Shown here: in pieces, positions 55,196-64,000 of the stretch
How the letters are laid out: each line of letters opens with the position of its first letter
Numbering within the stretch: position 1 is the first letter of the stretch
Assembly: GCA_963724765.1 (NCBI GenBank)
Contig: CAVRVY010000001.1
Location: 768,001 to 832,000, forward strand
Length of the DNA: 64,000 nucleotides
Source: an uncultured delta proteobacterium
GTDB lineage: Bacteria > Desulfobacterota > Binatia > Binatales > Binataceae
Reading direction: 5' to 3'
Made by a program: the position numbers and the translations under genes
The notes under the pieces: generated by a model
Databases searched by the model: none
Told to the model about the DNA's origin: nothing
What the model saw: only the letters and a program-made list of their open reading frames with translations

Positions 55196-55693
55196 ATGGC
55201 TGACGAGAACAAGGAAACGAAGCCCGCGACGGGCAAAGCGCAGGATGGCCAGAGCGGCGGTGAGAAATCCGCAGCCGGTGCGTCCGCGGCCGCTGCCGGA
55301 GCGGCCACGGCGGCGCCCGCACCGCGGCGTCGGCGCGTGCGGCGCACGGTGCCCGAGGGTATCGCGCACGTGCATGCGACTTTCAACAACACGATCGTCA
55401 CCATCACGGACCAGCAGGGCCTGGTGGTGGCGTGGGCGAGCGCCGGATCGGTCGGCTTCAAGGGCTCGCGCAAGGGCACGCCGTTCGCCGCGCAGATGGC
55501 CGCGGAAGCGGCGGCGCGCAAGGTTAGCGACGTTGGGATGCGAGCGGTGGTGGTGTACGTCAAGGGTCCGGGCGGCGGGCGCGAATCGGCGGTGCGCGCG
55601 CTGCAGGCGGCGGGGCTTTCGGTCATTTCGATCAAGGACGTAACGCCAATCCCGCACAACGGATGCCGGCCGCCCAAGCGGCGCCGCGTTTAG
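55196..55693 (+). CDS. rpsK: 30S ribosomal protein S11 (N-terminally extended)
   Basis: [40 protein letters not shown]. Confidence 0.99.
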   Translation: MADENKETKPATGKAQDGQSGGEKSAAGASAAAAGAATAAPAPRRRRVRRTVPEGIAHVHATFNNTIVTITDQQGLVVAWASAGSVGFKGSRKGTPFAAQMAAEAAARKVSDVGMRAVVVYVKGPGGGRESAVRALQAAGLSVISIKDVTPIPHNGCRPPKRRRV

Positions 55694-55707
55694 GGGAGCA
55701 GAACAAG

Positions 55708-56334
55708 GTGGCAAGGTATTTAGGACCGGTATGCCGGTTGTGCCGGCGCGAAGGGCTCAAGCTCTTCCTCAAGGGCGAGCGCTGCTATACGGACAAGTGC
55801 GCGATCGAACGGCGCAACTATCCGCCCGGCGCGCACGGACAGGCCCGCACGCGCTTTTCAGAGTTTGCGATTCGCCTGCGCGAGAAGCAGAAGGTCAGGC
55901 GAATTTATGGTCTAATGGAGACGCAGTTCAAGCACTACTTCGAGATGGCGGAGCGGATGCCCGGGATCACGGGCGAGAACTTGCTGGTGCTGCTCGAGCG
56001 CCGGCTCGACAGCATGGTCTATCGGCTCGGCTTCGCCAGTTCGCTTGCCCAGGCGCGCCAGATCGTGCGCCACGGCCATATCGAAGTCGACAACAAACCG
56101 GTGACCGTGCCCTCTTACCTGCTTGACGTGGGCGAGGTGGTGAGCGTGGCCGGTCGCAGCCGCACCAAGAAGGTGATCGTCGAGGCGATCGAGATGTCAC
56201 AGCGCCGTGGCGCGCCGTCATGGATCGCGCTGGAGCGCGATCAGTTTCGCGGCTCGATGCGAGCGCTGCCGGCGCGCGCCGACCTGACGATGCCGGTCAG
56301 CGAAAAGCTGATCGTCGAGCATTACTCGCGCTGA
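55708..56334 (+). CDS. rpsD: 30S ribosomal protein S4 (Cys4 form)
   Basis: GTG start (M)ARYLGPVCRLCRRE, LREKQK, LERRLD. Confidence 0.99.
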   Translation: MARYLGPVCRLCRREGLKLFLKGERCYTDKCAIERRNYPPGAHGQARTRFSEFAIRLREKQKVRRIYGLMETQFKHYFEMAERMPGITGENLLVLLERRLDSMVYRLGFASSLAQARQIVRHGHIEVDNKPVTVPSYLLDVGEVVSVAGRSRTKKVIVEAIEMSQRRGAPSWIALERDQFRGSMRALPARADLTMPVSEKLIVEHYSR

Positions 56335-56404
56335 GGCTGAACGACAGGGGCGAGGTGCGGGGCGAGGTGGGGGCGAAAAAACTTCCGGAGAAGAGCGATC
56401 GGAT

Positions 56405-57430
56405 ATGCACAATGATTGGCGCGATTTAATTAAGCCCAAGGCTGTCGAGTTCGACGAAAAAGAACTAACTCCAACCTATGGACGGTTCTTCGCCGAACCG
56501 CTGGAGCGTGGCTACGGCATCACGATCGGCAATGGTCTGCGCCGTATCCTGCTGTCTTCGCTGCCCGGCTTTGCGATCACGGCAGTGCGGATGAAAAGCG
56601 TGCTGCACGAGTTTTCCACCATGCCCGGCGTCAAAGAGGACGTGACTGACGTTGTCCTCAACTTGAAGGAGGTGCGCCTGCGCCTCCACGAGGGCGAGCA
56701 TCTGACCGCTACGCTCAAGGCGCGCGGCGAGGACACGGTGACCGCGCGCGACATCACCGGCGGGCCCAGCCTCGAGGTGCTCACTCCCGACCAGCACATC
56801 GCGACGCTCGAGAAGGGCGCCGAACTGGAGATGGAACTGGTGATCCGGCGCGGGCGCGGCTATGCGCCGGCTGAGCGCACCGAGGACGAGGAGCCGATCG
56901 GCACCATTCGGCTCGACGCCGTCTACTCGCCGATCAAGAAGGTCAACTTCACCGTAACCAACGCGCGTGTCGGCCAGCGTACCGACTACGACCGCCTGGC
57001 GCTGGAAATCTGGACCGACGGCTCGATCTCGCCGCGGGACGCGCTGACCTATGCGGCGCGCGTGGCGCGCGACCAGATGACGATCTTCGCCGGCGTCGAA
57101 GAAGAGGCCGAGACTCCGATCGCGATCGAGAACGGCGAGCAGCGTCCGCTGCTCAACGAGTATCTCTACCGTCCGGTCGAGGGGCTGCCGATTTCGGTGC
57201 GCGCTTTCAACGGGCTGCAGAACGCCGACATCAAGTACATCGGGGAGCTGGTCCAGCGTACCGAGCAGGACATGCTCAAAATCAAAAACTTCGGCCGCAA
57301 GTCGCTCAACGAGATCAAAGAGGTCCTCACCGACATGGGCCTCTCGCTCGGGATGCGCCTGGACAACCTGCCGCCGCGCAACGAGCTCGACCGCATGTGG
57401 GCCGAGCAGGAGCGGCGCGAGTCGCCCTGA
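56405..57430 (+). CDS. rpoA: RNA polymerase alpha subunit
   Basis: [39 protein letters not shown]. Confidence 0.99.
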   Translation: MHNDWRDLIKPKAVEFDEKELTPTYGRFFAEPLERGYGITIGNGLRRILLSSLPGFAITAVRMKSVLHEFSTMPGVKEDVTDVVLNLKEVRLRLHEGEHLTATLKARGEDTVTARDITGGPSLEVLTPDQHIATLEKGAELEMELVIRRGRGYAPAERTEDEEPIGTIRLDAVYSPIKKVNFTVTNARVGQRTDYDRLALEIWTDGSISPRDALTYAARVARDQMTIFAGVEEEAETPIAIENGEQRPLLNEYLYRPVEGLPISVRAFNGLQNADIKYIGELVQRTEQDMLKIKNFGRKSLNEIKEVLTDMGLSLGMRLDNLPPRNELDRMWAEQERRESP

Positions 57431-57463
57431 GCGCGGCGCGGCGTACCGCGGGAGCCACTATCG

Positions 57464-57910
57464 ATGCGTCACCTTAACTCGGGCCGCAAGCTCAATCGCA
57501 CCTCGGCCCATCGCAAAGCCCTGATGCGCAACCTGGTTTTGAGCCTTATCCAGTATGGCCGGCTCAAGACCACCGACGCCAAGGCCAAAGAGCTGCGGCG
57601 CTGGGCCGACCGGATGGTGACGCTGGGCAAGCGCGGCGACCTCGCCGCGCATCGGCGCGCCTACGCCTTCCTGGGATCTCACGGCGCGGTCAAGAAGCTG
57701 TTCGACGAGATCGCACCGCGCTTCAAGGAGCGTCCGGGCGGCTACACCCGGGTCATCAAGTACGGTGTGCGCCGCGGCGACGCCGCACCGATCTCGGTGA
57801 TCGAGTTTACCGGCGCCTCCGAGACCGCCGCGCCACGCAAGAAGCGGCGCAAAACGGAGACGCGCGAGCATCAGCACGGCGAGCGCCGCGCCGCGGCTGC
57901 CGCCGGTTAG
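57464..57910 (+). CDS. rplQ: 50S ribosomal protein L17
   Basis: [26 protein letters not shown]. Confidence 0.99.
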   Translation: MRHLNSGRKLNRTSAHRKALMRNLVLSLIQYGRLKTTDAKAKELRRWADRMVTLGKRGDLAAHRRAYAFLGSHGAVKKLFDEIAPRFKERPGGYTRVIKYGVRRGDAAPISVIEFTGASETAAPRKKRRKTETREHQHGERRAAAAAG

Positions 57911-57939
57911 AATCTCTCGCGAACATCCCTTGCGGCTGG

Positions 57940-57977
57940 GAAACAGCGGCGGGCCTGTCCGGCTTCGCCGCTGTTTC
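57940..57977 (+). terminator. Hairpin ending the ribosomal supercluster
   Basis: GAAACAGCGGCG (57940-57951) pairs with CGCCGCTGTTTC (57966-57977); U-tract is short. Confidence 0.6.
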
Positions 57978-58066
57978 GTGCTGAGCCCGCGAGCGCCGTT
58001 CTGGACTTGTCCGCGCTCTGATAAACTTGATCGTACATCGCGATCGTACATCGGTGGAGTGCGTTA

Positions 58067-59515
58067 ATGGCCAACGAATTGATTCAGCCAGACAAGTTTT
58101 TCCTGAGCCGCTTCGGGATGACCGAGGGTGCGCTCGAACGAACCCTGGGCGCCGCGCTGGAGCGCAAGGCGGATTACGCCGATCTCTACTTCGAGTACCG
58201 AAGCGCCGAGGGGCTCAGCCTCGAGGACTCGATCGTCAACCGGACCAGCAAGAGCCTGAGCCACGGCGTCGGCGTGCGCGTGTGCGCCGAAGACCGCACC
58301 GGCTACGCCTACTCCGACGAGGTCACGATCGACCGGATGCGGCTGGCGGCCGAGGCCGCCCGTGCGATAGCGCATAGCGGCGGCGACGCGCCTGCGGCGG
58401 TGCAGGTCGGCCGCCCGGTCCCGCGCCACGCGCTGTACGAGCTTGAGAGCACACCGCTGGAAGTGCCGCTGGAGGAGCGCGCAAAGCTGCTTAACGAAAT
58501 CGATCGCGTCGCGCGCGAGTTCGACCCGCGAGTCAAAACCGTGATGGCGTCGTTCGCGGCCGAGCGCAAAATCATCATGGTGGTCAACAGCGAAGGGCGA
58601 ATCGCGGCTGACGTGCAGCCGCTTTGCCGCCTCAACGTGATGGTCATCGCCGAGGACGACAAGGGCCGCCAGTCGGGCAGTTCAGGCGGCGGCGGACGCG
58701 TGGAGTGGAGCTTTTTCTTCGAGGGCGAGCGATGGCGTGAGCACGCGCTCACGGCGGCACGCCAAGCAATCACCAACCTCGACGCGGTCGACGCGCCGGC
58801 CGGCGAGATGATGGTGGTGCTGGGGCCGGGATGGCCGGGAATCCTGCTGCACGAGGCGATCGGTCACGGGCTGGAGGGCGACTTCAATCGCAAGCGCACT
58901 TCCGCTTTCTCCGGGCGTATCGGCGAGCGCGTCGCGAGCGAATTCTGCACGGTGGTCGACGACGGCACGATCCCCAACCGCCGCGGCAGCCTCAATATCG
59001 ACGACGAGGGCACGCCGACTTCGCGCACCGTGCTGATCGAAAAGGGCATCCTGCGCGGCTATCTGCAGGACCGCCTCAACGCGCGGTTGATGAAAATGGA
59101 ACCGACCGGGAACGGGCGCCGCGAGAGCTTCGCGCACAGCCCGATGCCGCGCATGACCAATACTTTCATGCTGCCTGGCGAAGCCACCCCGGAGGAAATT
59201 ATCGGCTCGGTACGCAACGGGCTCTATGCAGTTAACTTCGGCGGCGGCCAGGTCGACATCACCAACGGCAAGTTCGTTTTTTCGGCCTCCGAGGCCTACC
59301 TGATCGAGGACGGCAAGGTGACTCGTCCGGTCAAGGGCGCGACGCTCATCGGCAACGGCCCCGACGTGCTCACTCGCGTCACGATGGTGGGCAACGACCT
59401 CGAACTTGACGCGGGCGTCGGCACGTGCGGCAAGGATGGCCAATCGGTGCCGGTGGGCGTGGGGTTGCCGACGATTCGAATCGACGCAATCACGGTCGGC
59501 GGCACGCGCTCCTGA
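58067..59515 (+). CDS. tldD: Metalloprotease TldD
   Basis: LLHEAIGHGLEGDFNRK, PMPRMTNT, CGKDGQSVPVG. Confidence 0.97.
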   Translation: MANELIQPDKFFLSRFGMTEGALERTLGAALERKADYADLYFEYRSAEGLSLEDSIVNRTSKSLSHGVGVRVCAEDRTGYAYSDEVTIDRMRLAAEAARAIAHSGGDAPAAVQVGRPVPRHALYELESTPLEVPLEERAKLLNEIDRVAREFDPRVKTVMASFAAERKIIMVVNSEGRIAADVQPLCRLNVMVIAEDDKGRQSGSSGGGGRVEWSFFFEGERWREHALTAARQAITNLDAVDAPAGEMMVVLGPGWPGILLHEAIGHGLEGDFNRKRTSAFSGRIGERVASEFCTVVDDGTIPNRRGSLNIDDEGTPTSRTVLIEKGILRGYLQDRLNARLMKMEPTGNGRRESFAHSPMPRMTNTFMLPGEATPEEIIGSVRNGLYAVNFGGGQVDITNGKFVFSASEAYLIEDGKVTRPVKGATLIGNGPDVLTRVTMVGNDLELDAGVGTCGKDGQSVPVGVGLPTIRIDAITVGGTRS

Positions 59516-59548
59516 CGCGGGCCTATCGCAGCCGGAGAAAAATCGCAG

Positions 59549-60904
59549 ATGTCATCAGTCGAACCGGGCGTTGATCTGGCTCAATGGAGCTTGGAGCAGG
59601 CGCGCGCCGCGGGCGCCGACGCCGCCGAAGTTTTGATCGTGAGCGGCGAGTCGCTCAGCGCCGGTGTGCGCATGGGCGAGGTCGAAAAGCTCAAGAGTTC
59701 GCGGGAGCGCCGGCTGGGCGTGCGCGTTTTTGTCGGTAAATCGTCGGCCACGGCGTCGACTGCCGAATTCGAACGCAAAGCGTTGGGCGAATTCGTCGCC
59801 GACACGGTGCGCCTCGCGCGCCTGACGGCGCCTGACCAGTGGTCCGGGTTGCCCGACCCCGCGCTTCATCCGCGGACTGTGCCGGAGCTCGATCTCTCCG
59901 ATCCCTCCAGTGGCATTATCGACGCTGACCGCGCGCTGGAAATCGCGCGCACGGCCGAGCGCGCCGCGCTCGGCGCCGACAGCAGAATCAAAAACTCCGA
60001 GGGCGCCGAGTTCGACTCGGGCCGCTACCGCGTGGTCTTCGCCAACAGCCAGGACTTTGCCGGCGAGTATGCGGGCACCAGCTACAGTCTCGCGGTCGCG
60101 CCGATCGCGGAAGAAAACGGCGCGATGCAGCCCGGGCACTGGTACACGCAGAACCGCCGCTTCGACGGCCTCGAGGATGCCGCCTCGGTCGGACTGACCT
60201 CGGCCAGACGTGCGCTCAGAAAGCTCGGAGCGCGCAAGATCAAAACCACGCGCGCGCCGATCGTGTTCGATCCCGACATGGCTGCCGGCTTGCTGCGCGC
60301 GCTGGCGGGCGCGGCCTCGGGGCCGTCGCTCTATCGCGGCGCGTCGTTCCTGGTCGGCCGGATGGGCACGGAAGTCGCCAACGCCGGCGTGACGATCATC
60401 GACGACGGCACGATTCGCGGTGGACTTGGATCGAAGCCGTTTGATGGCGAAGGTCTGCCGATCGTGCGCAAGAACCTGGTCGAGCGCGGCGTGCTCAAGA
60501 CCTACCTGCTCGACTCCTACTCCGCGCGCCGGCTCGGCCTTGCGTCGACCGGCAACGCCGCGCGCTCGGTCGGCGATGCGCCCTCGGTCAGCCCGACCAA
60601 TCTTTATCTGCAGCCGGGCGCCTATTCGCCCGAGGAGATAATCCGCACCGTCAAGAGCGGCCTTTATCTGACCGAGCTTATCGGCTTCGGCGTCAACTCG
60701 GTCACCGGTGATTACTCACGCGGCGCGGGCGGAATGTGGATCGAGAACGGTGAGCTTGCTTACCCGGTGCAGGAGATCACGATCGCCGGCAATCTCAAGG
60801 GGATGTTCATGTCGATCGAGATGATCGGCAACGATCTCGCCTGGCGATCTTCGACGGTCGCTCCGACGCTCAAGATTTCCGAAATGATGATCGCGGGCGA
60901 ATAA
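59549..60904 (+). CDS. pmbA: TldE/PmbA subunit
   Basis: PFDGEG, YSARRLG..STGNA, GVNSVTGDYSRGA, ITIAGNL; follows tldD. Confidence 0.93.
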   Translation: MSSVEPGVDLAQWSLEQARAAGADAAEVLIVSGESLSAGVRMGEVEKLKSSRERRLGVRVFVGKSSATASTAEFERKALGEFVADTVRLARLTAPDQWSGLPDPALHPRTVPELDLSDPSSGIIDADRALEIARTAERAALGADSRIKNSEGAEFDSGRYRVVFANSQDFAGEYAGTSYSLAVAPIAEENGAMQPGHWYTQNRRFDGLEDAASVGLTSARRALRKLGARKIKTTRAPIVFDPDMAAGLLRALAGAASGPSLYRGASFLVGRMGTEVANAGVTIIDDGTIRGGLGSKPFDGEGLPIVRKNLVERGVLKTYLLDSYSARRLGLASTGNAARSVGDAPSVSPTNLYLQPGAYSPEEIIRTVKSGLYLTELIGFGVNSVTGDYSRGAGGMWIENGELAYPVQEITIAGNLKGMFMSIEMIGNDLAWRSSTVAPTLKISEMMIAGE

Positions 60905-60938
60905 GTCGCGCGCCGGCCGCGCCGCTAGCGCTGTGCCT

Positions 60939-61469
60939 TCAGCCGCGCGCGAAAAGTGAACGGACCAGCCGTACCAGGTAGCGCCAGAAATTGAGCAAGA
61001 AACCCTGGCGCGCGACCGTGCCTGCCGCCTCGGCCTTGAGCTCCGCCTCGGCGGCGGCGAAGAATTGCCCGATCATCATCTTGGCTGCGCTGTCGATTAC
61101 GCGCTGGCCGACCTGCACCAACGGCCCGCCGATCTGGATATCGCCGCCATAGGTCGCCACGGTTTGGCCCGGGCCTTTGGCCACGAGATCCAGCGTGCCC
61201 GAGCCGCGCATGAAGCCCTGCTTGCCCTTGCCGTCGACCGACATCTTGTAATGCTCGGGCGCACGGACTTCGTCGAGCTTGAGCTTGCCGGCATAGATGC
61301 CCTTGACGGCGGCGATACCGACGTTAAGCGTGCCGGCGAACTCGGTGGGGCTGATGACGTCGAGCTTTTCGCATCCGGGAATCAGGCGCGAGAGGCGCTC
61401 GGGATCGTTAAAGAGGGCCCACACGCGTTGGCGCGGGGCTGAGAGCGTTTGTTCTCCAGAGATTTTCAT
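60939..61469 (-). CDS. coxG: CoxG/SRPBCC-family protein
   Basis: APRQRVWALFNDP..IPGCE, IGGPLVQVGQRVID..QFF. Confidence 0.82.
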   Translation of the reverse strand: MKISGEQTLSAPRQRVWALFNDPERLSRLIPGCEKLDVISPTEFAGTLNVGIAAVKGIYAGKLKLDEVRAPEHYKMSVDGKGKQGFMRGSGTLDLVAKGPGQTVATYGGDIQIGGPLVQVGQRVIDSAAKMMIGQFFAAAEAELKAEAAGTVARQGFLLNFWRYLVRLVRSLFARG

Positions 61470-61620
61470 CTAGACTCGTTAATCCGCTCTCCGTGGTCCG
61501 CGCCGATCAGTCCTTGGCGCTGCGACCGCGCTCTTCAATGCGCCGCGCGTGTAGACGCGCGCCAGTTCGGCGCAAATCAACTGCATCCGGGGCTCGATTT
61601 CATCTTCGCCTCGTTGATTG

Positions 61621-61648
61621 TTGACTGATAGCGTCAAGCGCATAGGCT
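61621..61648 (+). promoter_or_regulatory. Putative clpB promoter with overlapping inverted repeat
   Basis: TTGACT, 16 nt, TAGGCT; TTGAC-N7-GTCAA at 61621-61637. Confidence 0.4.
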
Positions 61649-61800
61649 AGCTCCATCGTCAGAGCACAATGTGCTTAGCAAATGCGGAGCGACGGGCCAA
61701 ACCAAAAAATGGTCGTCCGGCGGCAGGCCGCCTTCGCCGTTGTCGGCCAACAGAAAGTGGTTAAATTCAGAAAAGATTTTCCAAAAAAGGCCAACCACTC

Positions 61801-64000
61801 ATGAGTAGCCCATCCCGTTTTACAGAGAAACTTCAGGAGGCGCTCGGGCGTGCGCAAAACGCGGCGCTTAGCGCTCACAATCAGGCGGTCGACGTCGAGC
61901 ATCTGCTCGCCGCGCTACTCGAGGACGACGAGGGACTGGTCTCCTCTGTGCTGAAGTTGGCCGGCGTGGACCGCGCCATCGTGCGGCGCAAGCTGGCTGA
62001 CGAGCTCGCGAAAGTTCCGCAGGTTACCGGCGGCGGAACCGACTCCAGCCAGGTCTACGCCACGCAGCGCCTTGGCCGCGTGCTGGCGCGCGCCGAACAG
62101 GAAGCGGGCAAGCTCAAGGACGATTACATCTCGGTCGAGCACGTGTTGATCGCGATGCTCGACGAGCCGGGCGCCGCCTCGCGAATCTTGCGCGAGGCTG
62201 GGATGACCCACGACAAGCTGATGGAGACGCTGCAGAAAGTTCGCGGCAATCAGCGCGTCACTTCGGCCAATCCTGAGGCGACCTACCAGGCGCTCGAGCG
62301 CTACGGGCGCGACCTCACCAAGATGGCTGCGTCGGGCAAGCTCGACCCGGTCATCGGGCGCGACGAAGAGGTCCGCCGCGTGATCCAGGTGCTGTCGCGG
62401 CGCACCAAGAACAACCCGGTGCTGATCGGCGAGCCGGGCGTGGGCAAGACCGCGATTGTCGAGGGCCTCGCCCAGCGTATCGTCGCCGGCGACGTGCCCG
62501 AGGGACTAAAGGATCGCCGCCTGGTCGCGCTCGACATGGGCGCGCTGGTCGCGGGCGCCAAGTTCCGCGGCGAGTTCGAGGAACGGCTCAAGGCCGTGCT
62601 CAAGGAAGTCCAGGAGGCCTCGGGCCAGATCATCCTGTTCATCGACGAACTGCACACGGTGGTGGGCGCAGGCGCGGCCGAGGGTGCGATGGATGCGTCC
62701 AACCTGCTCAAGCCGGCGCTGGCGCGGGGCGAGCTGCACTGTATCGGTGCGACCACGCTCGATGAGTACCGCAAGCACATCGAGAAGGACGCCGCGCTGG
62801 AACGCCGCTTCCAGCCCGTGATGGTCGAGGAGCCGAGCGTCGAGGACACGATTTCCATCCTGCGCGGGCTCAAGGAACGCTACGAGGTCCATCACGGCAT
62901 CCGGATCAAGGACGCCGCGCTGGTGACCGCGGCGATTCTCTCCAAGCGCTACATCACGGACCGTTTTCTGCCCGACAAGGCGATCGACCTGGTGGACGAG
63001 GCGGCGGCCAAGCTGCGTACCGAAAAGGAATCGATGCCGGTCGAGTTGGACGAAGTCAACCGGCGAGTGATGCAGCTCGAGATCGAGCGCGAGGCGCTCA
63101 AGCGCGAGACCGACGTGGCCTCGCGCGAGCGGTTGGAGCGGCTGGAGAAGGAACTGGCCGAAGTGCGCGACAAACGCGACGCCTTGCGGGCGCAATGGCA
63201 GAGCGAAAAGGGCGCGGTCGAAAAGCTCGCCGCCATCAAGGCGCAGATCGAACACACCCGAGTCGAGATCGAAAAAGCCAAGCGCGAGTACGACTTGAAC
63301 AAGGTCGCCGAGCTGCAATACGGGACGCTCGCCGCGCTGGAAAAGGAACTTGCCGAGGGCGATGCGCGCAATGCGCCGTCGGGCGGCGCCACCCGGCTGA
63401 TCAAGGAAGAGGTCGACGAAGAGGACATCGCCGAGGTCGTCGCGCGCTGGACCGGCGTTCCCGTCGCGCGCCTGATGGAGGGCGAGGTCCAGAAACTCTC
63501 CCATCTCGAGGAGCAATTGCACAAACGCGTTATCGGACAGGACGAGGCGGTCCAGGCGGTGGCCGACGCGGTGGTGCGGGCTCGCGCGGGCCTTAAGGAT
63601 CCCAACCGTCCGATCGGATCGTTCATCTTTCTTGGCCCCACCGGCGTCGGCAAGACCGAGCTTGCGCGCGCCCTCGCCGCGTTCCTGTTCGACAACGAGG
63701 GCGCGATGGTGCGGATCGACATGTCCGAGTACATGGAAAAACATACGGTCTCGCGGCTGATTGGCGCGCCGCCAGGCTACATCGGATTCGAGGAAGGCGG
63801 CCAGTTGACCGAGGCCGTGCGCCGGCGCCCCTACTCGGTCATCCTGTTCGACGAGATCGAGAAGGCTCATCACGATGTCTTCAACGTATTGCTGCAACTG
63901 CTCGATGACGGACGGCTCACAGACGGGCAGGGGCGGACGGTGGACTTCAAGAACACCGTCGTGATCATGACCTCGAACATCGCGAGCGACCTCATCCTTG
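61801..64000 (+). CDS. clpB: ATP-dependent chaperone ClpB (3'-truncated by window edge)
   Basis: Not in the ORF track because no stop is reached. Own translation: [33 protein letters not shown], coiled-coil middle domain, [22 protein letters not shown]. Confidence 0.97.
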   Translation, partial: MSSPSRFTEKLQEALGRAQNAALSAHNQAVDVEHLLAALLEDDEGLVSSVLKLAGVDRAIVRRKLADELAKVPQVTGGGTDSSQVYATQRLGRVLARAEQEAGKLKDDYISVEHVLIAMLDEPGAASRILREAGMTHDKLMETLQKVRGNQRVTSANPEATYQALERYGRDLTKMAASGKLDPVIGRDEEVRRVIQVLSRRTKNNPVLIGEPGVGKTAIVEGLAQRIVAGDVPEGLKDRRLVALDMGALVAGAKFRGEFEERLKAVLKEVQEASGQIILFIDELHTVVGAGAAEGAMDASNLLKPALARGELHCIGATTLDEYRKHIEKDAALERRFQPVMVEEPSVEDTISILRGLKERYEVHHGIRIKDAALVTAAILSKRYITDRFLPDKAIDLVDEAAAKLRTEKESMPVELDEVNRRVMQLEIEREALKRETDVASRERLERLEKELAEVRDKRDALRAQWQSEKGAVEKLAAIKAQIEHTRVEIEKAKREYDLNKVAELQYGTLAALEKELAEGDARNAPSGGATRLIKEEVDEEDIAEVVARWTGVPVARLMEGEVQKLSHLEEQLHKRVIGQDEAVQAVADAVVRARAGLKDPNRPIGSFIFLGPTGVGKTELARALAAFLFDNEGAMVRIDMSEYMEKHTVSRLIGAPPGYIGFEEGGQLTEAVRRRPYSVILFDEIEKAHHDVFNVLLQLLDDGRLTDGQGRTVDFKNTVVIMTSNIASDLIL

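Noticed and set aside
58067-60904. tldD-pmbA as a sign of a RiPP/microcin cluster
   Set aside because: No precursor peptide, YcaO or transporter nearby; an ordinary housekeeping pair
61675-61701. TTAGCA...GGCCAA resembling a CIRCE element upstream of clpB
   Set aside because: Inner bases and spacing do not fit TTAGCACTC-N9-GAGTGCTAA

Overview
High-GC bacterial core-genome window. The housekeeping proteins look deltaproteobacteria-like, possibly Candidatus Binatia (inference only). From left to right: 3' part of groEL; an addA/addB-type helicase-nuclease pair with an upstream Mre11/SbcD-like metallophosphoesterase; a type I-beta DAHP synthase; a peptidoglycan-recycling cluster (LD-carboxypeptidase, serine hydrolase, mpl) interrupted by a Cu(I) P1B-ATPase; a minus-strand lptF-lptG-PPOX-M24 peptidase-HAD run; rlmB; a GST; then an uninterrupted ~33.6 kb transcription/translation supercluster (tRNA Thr-Tyr-Gly-Thr, rpmG, tRNA-Trp, secE, nusG, rplKAJL, rpoBC, str, S10, spc, alpha); and finally tldD-pmbA, an orphan coxG and the 5' part of clpB. 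I found no mobile element, prophage, CRISPR array or clearly novel multi-gene system. The most unusual details are: a His-Met-His replacement of the conserved tip of the uL22 exit-tunnel hairpin; a terminator/antiterminator-like leader before rpsL; four-Cys Fe-S-staple motifs on both AddA and AddB; a divergent RNAP alpha-CTD; loss of tufB and of the L10 leader space; and many short tandem micro-duplications in spacers. All comparisons to reference proteins are from memory, not from database searches.
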